From Paraspadella gotoi (lineage: Eukaryota; Animalia; Chaetognatha), in NCBI GenBank assembly GCA_051294375.1, contig CM119265.1:19803218-19867217 (forward strand): a stretch of 64,000 nucleotides of DNA, written 5' to 3'. The position numbers were made by a program, and so were the translations under genes. Below, piece after piece: positions 13,401-24,479 of the stretch (positions are counted from its first letter, which is position 1; each line of letters starts with the position of its first letter). The notes under the pieces are model-generated. The model had not been told where the DNA came from. It searched no databases and saw only the letters and a list, made by a program, of their open reading frames with translations.

Positions 13401-14357
13401 GAGCCAATTAAATCGTGGTTTTCCCTCTTCGTTTTTAAAGCGTTAAAAGATTAAGAAAATAATGGCTTATTTTAGATTCTCATTAGATATCAATCGCAAC
13501 TCTTACTGTCTCCAGGGAGGCAAGCCTCTCTACGAGCAAACTCCGAACCATGCTGGGCGAAACTACAGAGGGCTCGTCCCCATTCCGCTGTCTACCTCTA
13601 CCCGCTGTCTCAGATAGGAAGTCGACGGAGGCTGGAAGGCGTAGCGACTGACATCGTCGCTCGTCTCCGAAGTATCTGAAGATGTCGATCACCTGGAGTT
13701 CGGAAGCGTATCACCTGGAGTATGTTCACGATGAGAATGAGCGCTCTGCAGACGGTGGAGGGTACCGGAAAATGAGAGGTTATTGAAGTGGGCAAGGCCG
13801 GGGTTTTAATGTGGGGAAAGATTGTTGGATGTGGGGAGGATTCGTGGACATTTTAAGATTGGTTAGGAAAATGGGGCGTGGCTGCCTGGTGTGTGCTAAA
13901 GAGGAGAGAAGAAGAAAATTGAATAATATATCATTTCTTTTCTTTTATTTTTCGCCTCCTTCTCCTCCTCCTCCTCCTCCTCCTTCTCAAGAACTCCGAA
14001 CATCATCTCCAAACCGGACGCCGCTAACCCGGCGTTTGACTCGTTCTTAACCGTCTCCTGCCTTTAACGACGCCGGCCAAGGCGGACGAACCAGTTTTGC
14101 GGCGCTTTGGTTAGAGAGCGGCCGCCAGGAGGGTGGCATTCTTCGGCGCCATCTCGTATCTTGCCGGCTACAGCTCGACACCGGCTACTTTGGCGCCAAC
14201 TTGCACGGCGCGAGCGGACGGTGGTGGCGTTAGGCTTCCGGTTGGCGAAGAGGAAGGACGGAGTTTTTGGAGGATATCTCGCGAAGTTGGAACAAAGAGG
14301 ATGAGGAAAGAGACGACATTTTATGACGACGGTCGATAACATGACGACGTCGACGAC
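10430..14357. repeat. Inverted duplication of 1-~4070
   Basis: Position 1 CGTCGTCGACGTCGTC pairs with ~14342-14357. 3945-3975 pairs with 10500-10525. All exons and introns in between are mirrored. Confidence 0.95.
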
Positions 14358-14895
14358 GACGACGACGACGAAGAAGAAGATTATTACAAAAACAACGAGA
14401 TCAAGAAGAAGCATACGTCGACGACGACGACGACGAAGAAGCGAACGACGACGACGAAGAAGAAGAAGCAACGACGACGACGACGACGAAGAGCGAACTA
14501 CGACGACTACGACCGAAGCTCCCGTCGCCAGCGGGACGAGCAGCGCAAGAATCTCGGCGTTTATGCAGGCATCGAAGAAGACTGCAATTTTGGAAGGTTC
14601 CGATGAAAAGGATGGCTACAGAACTTTCAAACACAACTAGTACGAAATAGTAAATAGTAAATAGAAATAGTTTAAATTTTTTTTCTTTCGCTGATTTTTT
14701 TCTCAGGTGTCCCACCCGGCGGAGCAGCAACTCAGCGCAAAAGCAGAGACTTTACATTGGATCTTGGAGGAGAAAAAGAAGGAGAAGCGAGACATTCAGT
14801 CTCGGTTCGATCTCTCTGGGAGAGTTTTTTGGACGACGGCGATGAGAACGAACGATGAGCCATCGTTAAATTGCAGCTCTATCGCGATGGCGACT
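10950..14895 (+). pseudogene. Inverted, indel-riddled second copy of the stonustoxin-like gene (probably noisy long-read sequence), extending further 3'
   Basis: Reverse complement of 1-3523 with many indels and deletions around 13600-13760. ATG at 10950, exon 1 ends 10995|GTGAG. It adds the acidic/Thr-rich stretch (14300-14640) and an exon from 14707 ending ..IVKLQLYRDGD. Confidence 0.75.
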
Positions 14896-15174
14896 TAGGT
14901 TAGAATGACGCGTCTCGGTGACAGGTTTCAGAATTATTTTAACTACTAGTTTGAATTGTGCCAACGTTTCGATAAAAAATCTCCGACGCTCGGGGAAAAT
15001 CGAGGGGGAAGATAACGTTTTATTCCAGTCTTAATGGAGAAGGAACTCTATCAAAGTAAATTACGACAAAGGGAGAGAACGAGATGATATAATCTTAAAA
15101 ATGGATGAAGAAGAATAGGCGAGTCTAATCCTCTTTTCTCTCTACTCTCTCTTCTCTCTCTCTTCTCTCTCTCT

Positions 15175-15216
<42 letters not shown>

Positions 15217-15589
15217 GGTCTATCTCTCTCTCGCCTCCTGTCTTTCTGTCTTTCTCTCCCTTTCCGTCTTAATTTTCTGCCCTTTTTAGCGTCTTCCTCT
15301 ATTTATTATTCATGGAATTGCTGGAATTGATGAATCGAAACTTGGAGGAGGAGAAGGAGGAGGAGGAGGAGCAGGAAGACAGAGAAGAAGAGAAATCGGG
15401 GAAAAAACCGAAAAATAATGGGGGGACATGAGAATTAGTGTTTGAAGTAAAGCACTAGAGAAATTTAGCACTTGATACTCGAAAATGAACCAAATTATAA
15501 ANNNNNNNNNNTCCTTTTTCACTTCTTTTTTTTACCTCCATCAATTTTTTTTCTTCCTTCATTTTCCTCTCCTTCCATTTTCTTTCTTT

Positions 15590-18500
15590 TACTCCCGGAC
15601 AGTCATCGGAAATTCGCCCGGGACTTCGAGTGCCACGCCCACCGGGGAGGCGACGACGCCCAGGGCGCGGCGTCTCCACGAACTCCCTATCCCCGCGATC
15701 TGTATAGATCCACATCCAGCCCTTCTTCCTTTTATCTTTCTTTCTTTTTTTTTCTTCTTACTTTCTTTTTTTCTTCTTACTTTCTTTTAGTCTCTCTATC
15801 CCTCTCTCTTTTCTGCCCAAGACGCACCACTTCAACCGTAGTCATTTATCAAAGTCTAAAAAACCCGATCGAGCCGGTCTCGCCTTGTCCTCGCCTTGTC
15901 CTCACCTTGTCCTCACCTTGTCCTCACCTCAACTCACCTCAATTTAACTCACTTCACCTTCACATCACCTCAGTTCGGACAGAACAGTGATTTTTTTTTT
16001 CCGTCGTCGTGATTTCACGGCGAAGGGATATAATTTTTATTAGAGAGAGAGATTGACTGAGATTTGAATAATAATAAATATACAGTTGAAAGAGTTCCTA
16101 AAACATTGTAAGCCAGATAATCTGAGAGTTTATAAACTGGACTGTCTTGATTGAAAACTTTCAGGTTCCTGATATGTTATCATCTTGAAAAGAGGGATGC
16201 AGGCATTAATCTATCAAAGGCAGGGGCAAAATACGGAACTTATTATTTAATGAATAGATAATTTTATATTGCTTGTTATCTACGTATTTTTGCTTGAAGC
16301 ATCCACGACAACAACGACAACAAGTTCGTTCCCCGATTCACNNNNNNNNNNNNNNNNNNNNNNNNNNNNNNNNNNNNNNNNNNNNNNNNNNNNNNNNNNN
16401 NNNNNNNNNNNNNNNNNNNNNNNNNNNNNNNNNNNGTGATCATCAGGTTTTTCCGAGTTTTCCTGACCCCATTAATGTTGGAAAATAGTATCTCTTGGTT
16501 CGTTTCTGTCTTAGTTTCTCTCTTTTTTTATGGTTTTTCCGTCTTCTTTCAGGTATTCTCGGTTTCTGTTTTTCTGTTTTTCTGTTTTCCCAATTCTATC
16601 TTCTGCCGTTATCTTACAATCGCTGTCGTCGTTCCTTGTACACGGCATTACTTTATTTTTTTATGCTTTATAAGGGAGTTAAAGGTCCATAACCCATTTT
16701 CCCGCCATTTCCAACATTTTATAAAAATTTGGGGCAACCAATGAAAAAAAATTATCTTGTAATTCAATAAATAAGCTACACAGTCATTACAGCCTCCTGA
16801 CTCTGGACAGGTCACGGTTTAACTCAGTTCCTAACTTTCACTCCATCTCAATCGAGATTGGAACCCAACCGTTTTTAGNNNNNNNNNNNNNNNNNNNNNN
16901 NNNGGGGAGAGAGATTTACAGACAATCAGGTTTACGATTAATTTAAATAATATAATGATTTTTTATTTCAAAAACATTATAAAACAAAGCATTTCTTACA
17001 TCCTTGGAAGTTAAGTTTTCCCTCTCAAAAGTTCCTCCTGTATTTCTTTTTATAAATGAAAGTAGTTTTTTGATATATGATCAGAAAATTTAAAGCAAAT
17101 TAATAGAGACATGTTTTTTATAACCGATAACTCAAAAAAATATGAGTCGCCGTTCATGTTGCCGCATCTACAACACAAAAAGGATCGCTAATGCGTCGGC
17201 AATTCTATGTATTTGCTTCATTCAAAATTTTAGTAATATTTATTAGATCGTAATTTATTTTCTCCTGATCATTCTAAACATAATATCTACTTACAAATCA
17301 TTGATTATGATATTGAATGGATGCCCCTTTTCACTTATCTAAATATGTATATTAGCGGTGGTAGCATTATGTGCCCACGTATTATTGGGCGCGCATTAAA
17401 ATTGCGCCCAGCACTAGGAATTGCACCATGGTAGCAAATTGGGCCACATACAATTGCACCCATCAGCAATTCCGCCACGTATTCCACATATTCGCCACGT
17501 TATTCGCTACACGTGGGTACAATCCTCAGGAACCTAGTTGACTAAAAATTACTTTAAAAAAATATAGACAAATATTTACATCTTAACTAATTTTAAATAA
17601 TTTAAAATTTCTTCTTCTGCAGTAATTTTATAAAAAATAATTTTTCTTTAATTAAATTATTATTATTAAAATTATTAAATACTAATTTTAATAATTAGCA
17701 ATTATTATTTTTTTTAAATTTTAGCTTTTATTGGTTATTTTTAATCTTTGTTATTCAAGTTTTTCCATATTTAACCTACACTTTATTAAAGCACGTAATA
17801 ATAGTAACTTAGAACGAATGAATTATAAAATTTATAATACAAATTCTATATTATATTATATGTAAATAAAGGAACCTTAAACAAGAGCAAAATTAGTTAA
17901 TATTTTATTTATGCAAAAATCTCTTGAATTCCTCAATTTTGGTAAGAAAAAGAGGCATTCCAAAGATCTCAATTTAATTGCTCATTTTGTCTATTTCATA
18001 TTAGTATAAAATACTATAAATTAATTTATATTTATAATAATATATTCTAAAAAACTATAATATTCCAATTATTTATTATATTACAAATAATAAAACGTCT
18101 TAAAATACGGCGAATAAGAGCGTCATCGTATCTGACAAATTCGAGATCGTAAAGCTAATTTGCCATAATTTGGAGCCAGATAAAAGTCGACCGGGATCTG
18201 CTCATGTTGAGAATTTCAAAAATCGAACTAAAAAGGTGTTTTAAATTAACAGTATATATATGTGTGATCACTTGGTGTGAACGTTTTTGAAAATCTGATC
18301 ATCTGATAAACAACTATTTTTAGTTGGCGCATCCGAGTACTCTGCACTTTTTGGTCGGTCTGTCGGATCCCGTCGGTCGGACGGTATATTTATCTGTCGA
18401 ATCTGGTTTCAAAAATAGGAAAAAAACTATTTAAAAATTTTAACATTTTCTATAGTGAGTACTATGTATAAATATGGGCGTATGCGAAAATTGAAGTAAT

Positions 18501-19670
18501 TCTAAAAGAATCGTCCGCGACTGACAGAGTCGTATCCATACTTTTATTCACCCACTAACTTTTTTTTCAGCACTTCCGATTGAACGACGACGACGACGAC
18601 GACGACAACGACGACGACGAACCCTATTTCCTCATTAACCCGAATCGAATCTCTGGGACTTTGGGATCACATTTCCAGAGGAAAACGAAAGAAAGATTTG
18701 GGGAGGGGGGAACTTCCAGAGGGTTTCGATATTCCTCAGTGTTCGCGATATCAAGGGGTTTTTTTTTACAGGATTTAACCACGAAATGATCGGCATCAAG
18801 CCAGGATCAATAAACAAAGAGCTCTGCCACACCATTGGGGCTTCAATAGGTCAGCCGGTAGGTTTTTGATCCCACGGATATAATTGCAAAAAAATGCGGC
18901 TTTCTTAGCCCCTGAAATTATTTGAACTTGGCAAGGTAACTGGACCGTAAAGAGAGATTCTTTTCACAGAGAATAGCTCTTCTAATGAGACGAGGCTTTT
19001 CCGCCGGGAGTTAATCCCGGGGACGCAATCCATATCCGGAAGTTGATCCCTCCTTTAAATAGATTCTGCCCCGTTGTTGAGATCATTCACCGAATCTTTT
19101 CAAGGATTTAACCCAGCGAAAAATGATCCTTCCCAAAAAAAAAAAAAAAAAAAAAACTGTTTCCCCAATATAATACGTATATGGAAAAAGTTACTCTGCT
19201 ACCGTGATACTGATACATTCCTATAAAGTGATACATCTCAAAAACCGATTCTTCTGTCAATGATCAATCACTGAGATGCGATCTACTCCTAAAGTGATTC
19301 ATTCTCCTTTTTTCACGTGATCTTTCCTTGTCAATCATCCCGAAGATCTGAGACCTTAAAAACAGATCTTTCCAAAAAAGATCCTCTTCGAAGAGATGAT
19401 CCATCCCTTTCTCATAAGTGATATTTTCGGTGAAGTGATGTGTCCCTGCGAACTGATCCATCCCGCGCAAGTGATTCCTCCCCGCGACAAAGAGAAAGCT
19501 GATTAGGTACCGGGTCCCCGGATGTCGTCGGGGGAGTAATTGAGAGGAGCATCATTGAAGATTAATGAAGGAACGCAGGCGAAAGAAACCGCACCCAATT
19601 TTTCTATCGTGCGTGAGAGAAGGAGAGAGAGTGGAGAGAGTGAGAGAGAGAGAGAGAGAGAGAAGAGAAG

Positions 19671-19719
<49 letters not shown>

Positions 19720-19946
19720 CAGAGAGAGAGAGAGAGGTACCTTTGTCCCCAGGGCGCGAAGCGATTTTTTTTTCGTCCCGGCGCGTCTGTCTCTCGCGCT
19801 CTCGCTCTCTCTCGCCCCGCTTTCATCCTCTACCCCCGCTCTCTTTCTATCTTTGGCTGATCTGTCTATCTTTCTCTCTCATTACGAGACGAAAATGGGA
19901 ACTCACGTAGCGACGCTCCTTCGCCAACTCATTTCTCCAGTTACCC
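15590..19946 (-). CDS. Unknown multi-exon low-complexity protein containing the R-x-x-S repeat exon (copy 2; boundaries approximate)
   Basis: Candidate exons: ~19946-19907 (GNWRNELAKERRY|GTGAG), ~19555-19203 (..SRGGSLARDGSVRRDTSLHR..RDGSSLRRGSF..DVSLYRNVSVSR), ~19130-18560, ~16660-16440 (Lys/Glu-rich) and GC-rich ~15705-15590. Several indels must be corrected. Confidence 0.4.
16904..18317. other. AT-rich segment present only in duplication copy 2, with a short AATTGC(A/G)CC repeat cluster; possible non-autonomous DNA transposon remnant or mis-fill
   Basis: Absent at the matching site 7270. Begins after a 25-N gap, with TTTTAG on both sides. 17385-17520 has repeated AATTGCGCC/AATTGCACC/AATTCCGCCAC units. 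Confidence 0.4.
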
Positions 19947-20371
19947 TTAGGGAGAAATTTTTTTTTTTTAATTTTTTTCCGCGTAATTTTTCTTTTTTTC
20001 CTTTTCTTTCTTTCCTTTTTCCCCTTCGGACGAGACACGTGGACTGAATTTGTCGGGGAAAAAAAAAAGAAGATCCCAGACGTGAATCACGTGACTCAAA
20101 TTAACCGGAAGTTTTAATTCGAGAGGCGACCATTTTCTCCTTCGCTTTTTTTAACTCATCAAATAAAAGAAAGTTTAATCTTGCGTTTCGAATTAATCGT
20201 CGCATCGCGTCTCCTTTTCAAGAATGTTCATTGTTTTTCGTTTGATCGAGTTGTAAATTAACGAAAGTGCAAAGTATGGCCCTCTGGTGACGTAAATTGA
20301 AGCTTTAGTGAGGCTCTTCTGTTTTTGTTTTTTTTGTTTTTTTTTTTGTTTGGTTTTTTTATTTTTTCTTT

Positions 20372-20994
20372 TTAATTAACTTCGAATTGCGAGAGTAAAA
20401 AGTGAATGATATCATCTAAAAGAGTAGTGGACTAAACTATATAGACTCTGAAATTTTATCACGTGCTCACCCGCTTGATCGAGTTGCCCGTCGCCGTCTT
20501 TGTCGAATTGATCCAAGAATTCGGCGATGTCTTGATCTGAGAATTGGAATCCCGCCGCCCTGAAATGCGATACAATAAAATAAATTAAAAACTTGAAAAT
20601 TCTTAAAAATAAACGTACTACTACGTTTCCATTTACTAACGAACATAATGTTGAAAGCTTTATGGTCTTATGGGGCCCCTTGAAAATTAAAATTCCCCAG
20701 AAAAAAAATTCAGCGTTAATTGTTTTTCTCGTTACGAGAAACAAAAAAAAACCCTGATTCGTTGCTATGGCGACAACGTCGGAGACAGGAACGAAAACGA
20801 CGATGCCAAACGACAGCAGTGAAAGCGACTCCGACGAAAATCAAAATGCCAATAGCATGATTACACAAATACAACTGACATATTGTGCAGTTGGAATGGA
20901 ATAGTTGTCGCTTGTGGAATTATGAATATATAATGGAATTGAGGATAATTAAGGACGATCGCGACGACGACATAAAACCAACTGTGTCAATGGA

Positions 20995-21042
<48 letters not shown>

Positions 21043-21131
21043 ATAAATCCAACTGTGTCAATGGAGACGATAAGCACGATGACACATCCGACCGCAATTG
21101 AACTAGAACAACGACCATAACAACCATGACA

Positions 21132-21166
<35 letters not shown>

Positions 21167-21839
21167 GGCAGATGTACCGCGTTTTCCAGACGAAAAAAAA
21201 ACTCGAACGTATTTTGCAGAAAAAAAATATATATTTCACCTTTTTTTTTCCTCTCACGTTTCCTTTCATCTGTTTTTAATGATATTCATTTTTTTATGCA
21301 TATTAAATTAGTTGTTTTTTTTTTAGTTCTGCTTTTTTTTTTTAAAAGGCTCTGTCCTGTCCCTTTCTTGTCGTTCACCGCCCACCAGACAGGGAAAGAC
21401 AGTGAGAGTTTAAATTCATGGAGTGCGACGGCAGGTTTTTAATGGTTCAGCCCTTCCTACCTCCAATACTCATACGTTTAATCGTTAAATCTCTTAATTG
21501 TCTTAATTGTCAAATTGTCTTTTTAATTTCAGAAAAAAAAAAAATTACCAACTCGTCTGCCTCAGAGAATTCATATTTTTTATTCCGCCGGTTTAAAATT
21601 TCCGTTTCTCTCTCTCTGCTCTGCTCTCTTCTCTCTCTCTCTCTCTCTCTCTCTCCTCTCTCCATCTCTTCTCTCTCTCTCTCTCCTCGTCCGTCTCATT
21701 TCCGCTTATCTAAATAAAATTGAATGAACAAATGAATAGAATGAGATGGATTCTTTCTGTCGTTTTTGGATCCCGAGAGACTACTAAAATTAAAACGAAC
21801 GCAAGAAAGAGAGAGAGAGATGAGAGAGAGAGAGGGAGA

Positions 21840-21871
<32 letters not shown>

Positions 21872-21877
21872 AGAAGA

Positions 21878-21920
<43 letters not shown>

Positions 21921-22575
21921 AGAGAGAGAGAGAGCTTGCCTTACGCTTCATAGGCCCTTGGCGAGTTCCGGCCCCGATATCTTCCCACTTCCATCGGTGT
22001 CGACTTTGTTGAAGATCTCCTTCGTCTGTTGAATCTTTTCCGCCTTCATGAGACCGAGAAACTCGTCAAAGTTGATTGTGCCGCTGGCTGCAGAATCGGA
22101 AAAAAGTTGGGAGAGGTCAGGATTTAGGGTGAGGTCGCCACGTAGCCGTAGCGTCGCTCGCTTGGTTGTCGAGAGAGAGTTCGGTGATAAGAGAAAAACC
22201 AAAAAACAGAAATAGGAAAGCGAGATTGTTTATAACAACAACAACGAAAACCGGTATCTTGTTTAACAATTACCCAACCTGTTGCCATCTGTTCTCGCGT
22301 GATTTTTAGTGTTAGTTCCCTTAAGATTCTAGAGATTTTAAACTTTCCACCGCAACTGCGACACTTTTTCGCGTTTATTTATTTACAAGATCTCGAAATA
22401 AATAATAAATTGAAACCGACAACAACCGCAACAACGACGACGACGACCCGGCCGAAATCTCACCGTCCTTGTCGGCCAGCCTGAGGATCTCGTCGACGTA
22501 GGACTGAGAGGCGTTCCGCGCCTGTCGACCCTTCAGTTCAGGTTTCGCGTCTAGGAGATCGAAGATTCTACGGGC
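20372..22575 (-). CDS. Calmodulin-like EF-hand calcium-binding protein (5' end lost in the 22576-22953 gap)
   Basis: Exons 22575-22464 (ARRIFDLLD..YVDEILRLADKD), 22087-~21945 (ASGTINFDEFLGLMKAEKIQQTKEIFNKVDTDGSGKISGPEL), 20559-20471 (FSDQDIAEFLDQFDKDGDGQLDQA). Three EF loops: DKDASGTINFDE (in phase across a splice), DTDGSGKISGPE and DKDGDGQLDQA(E). The final mini-exon near 20390-20372 is inferred. Too divergent to be calmodulin itself. Confidence 0.85.
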
Positions 22576-22953
22576 NNNNNNNNNNNNNNNNNNNNNNNNN
22601 NNNNNNNNNNNNNNNNNNNNNNNNNNNNNNNNNNNNNNNNNNNNNNNNNNNNNNNNNNNNNNNNNNNNNNNNNNNNNNNNNNNNNNNNNNNNNNNNNNNN
22701 NNNNNNNNNNNNNNNNNNNNNNNNNNNNNNNNNNNNNNNNNNNNNNNNNNNNNNNNNNNNNNNNNNNNNNNNNNNNNNNNNNNNNNNNNNNNNNNNNNNN
22801 NNNNNNNNNNNNNNNNNNNNNNNNNNNNNNNNNNNNNNNNNNNNNNNNNNNNNNNNNNNNNNNNNNNNNNNNNNNNNNNNNNNNNNNNNNNNNNNNNNNN
22901 NNNNNNNNNNNNNNNNNNNNNNNNNNNNNNNNNNNNNNNNNNNNNNNNNNNNN
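22576..22953. other. Assembly gap (378 N)
   Basis: N run. Confidence 1.
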
Positions 22954-24479
22954 TTCGCGTTCGGGTTCGCGTTCCCTTCATTTCTTTTCGTTTAAGCCTT
23001 CGCTTTTTTTGATCTTCCCAAGTTCACTTTAAATTTAATGCGTTCTTTTGTTTTTTTTTCGCGAGTCTCCTGGCGGACATTTTGGATAAACACGAAAGAG
23101 CAAAACGAACAACAGAGCGTAGTGAAAGGAAAAGGGGAGCAGAGTGAAGGAGAAGGGGGAGCGGAAGTATAGAGAGAGGGAAGGGGAAGGGAAGCGGATG
23201 AGAAGCGGAAAAAATGGGAAAAAGTTAAAAACGAAGGCGTGGAGAAGAAAGATGAAAAAGCGAAGAGAATGGAATGTAAAGGAAAATCGATAGCGAAGAG
23301 AAGACAACCAAAAATTAGGTAAGTGAGCGAGAGACAGGGGAAAGTTTGTACAATTGTGAGATCAGATATCACGAAAAAAAATGTTTGACTTAAAAACCTG
23401 AAGTAAGAAGCATTGATAAGAATTTTTAAGTGAAAAAGAAATATAAAAAATACTACTTACAACTTGTACGTTGTACAATTGTACAAAATGTACATATAAG
23501 AACGGAAAAACGTAAATAATAACGACATTTTTTATAAACAGAATGTCGCTATCAATGTTTCACAAAATACTTTCTCCTCTTCAACCATCGATGTCACGGT
23601 CTTCTCATTCGACCACTCAAGCGCCTCTTCTTGAGTCACTCAAGCGCCTCTTGCGCCTTTCTCGACAACTTTCGGAAAATTCGTATCTTTATATCTTTAT
23701 ATCTCATGATAATGAGAAAACATCTCTTCTTTGACATTTGGAGGCTTGTCCCTGAAAGCTCAGAAAAAACCTCGCTGAGACGCACCGTAATTTTCAGCGC
23801 CTCTTTTTTGAGGCTTTGTTTCTCTCTCTCTCTCTCTCTNNNNNNNNNNNNNNNNNNNNNNNNNCTCTCTCTCTTCTCTTCTCTCTCTCTCCTCCTCTCT
23901 CTCTTCTTCTCGATCGAACGAAGAACCGACGGAGTGTTCTTCCTGAATTTTATATTTTTCTTATAAAATACCTCGACTAAAGAAATAACGCGCCAGGGGC
24001 TAAGCCCCAAAAAAAATAAATCAATTTCTTTCTCATTTATTACACGGAATGTAAACTTAATAATAAAAGTATTAATTTCCAATTAATCAAAAAGACCTGC
24101 TCGAAAAAAAGGAATCTTTGGGTCTTCCATCTTAAGAGGACCGGCGTATAGCATTATGCTCATCAATCCGGGACTGTAAAAAAGCACAACTAGTGAAAAA
24201 CTGCGACGGACGAAAAACTACAAAACTCGCACGTCGCTAAAAATTGTTGAACTCAAAAAGCATTAGAAAGTGTTAAAAAATCTAATGAGAGCAGATTTAC
24301 GGTATTTCAGAGAGAATGTTTCGATTTTGAAACAAAGCAAACTCGGGAAAAATGCCACTCTCGACCGAAGTGGATGTTATCGCCTGCTGCATTAAAAGCT
24401 CGGTATAAACGGAAATTGGATTTAACAATCTAGAAATGCTGAACCTAAATCGCCAAGATTTGAAATTGAATAGGGGTTG

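Larger units (their letters stand above)
14916..21690. repeat. Direct duplication block, copy 2
   Basis: Collinear with 5113-10500, for example 18320ff = 7270ff and 21180ff = 10130ff. Confidence 0.95.

Noticed and set aside
10950-14895. Toxin copies as true alpha/beta paralogues
   Set aside because: The copies differ mainly by random indels, and introns are as similar as exons. This fits read error or haplotype duplication rather than diverged paralogues.
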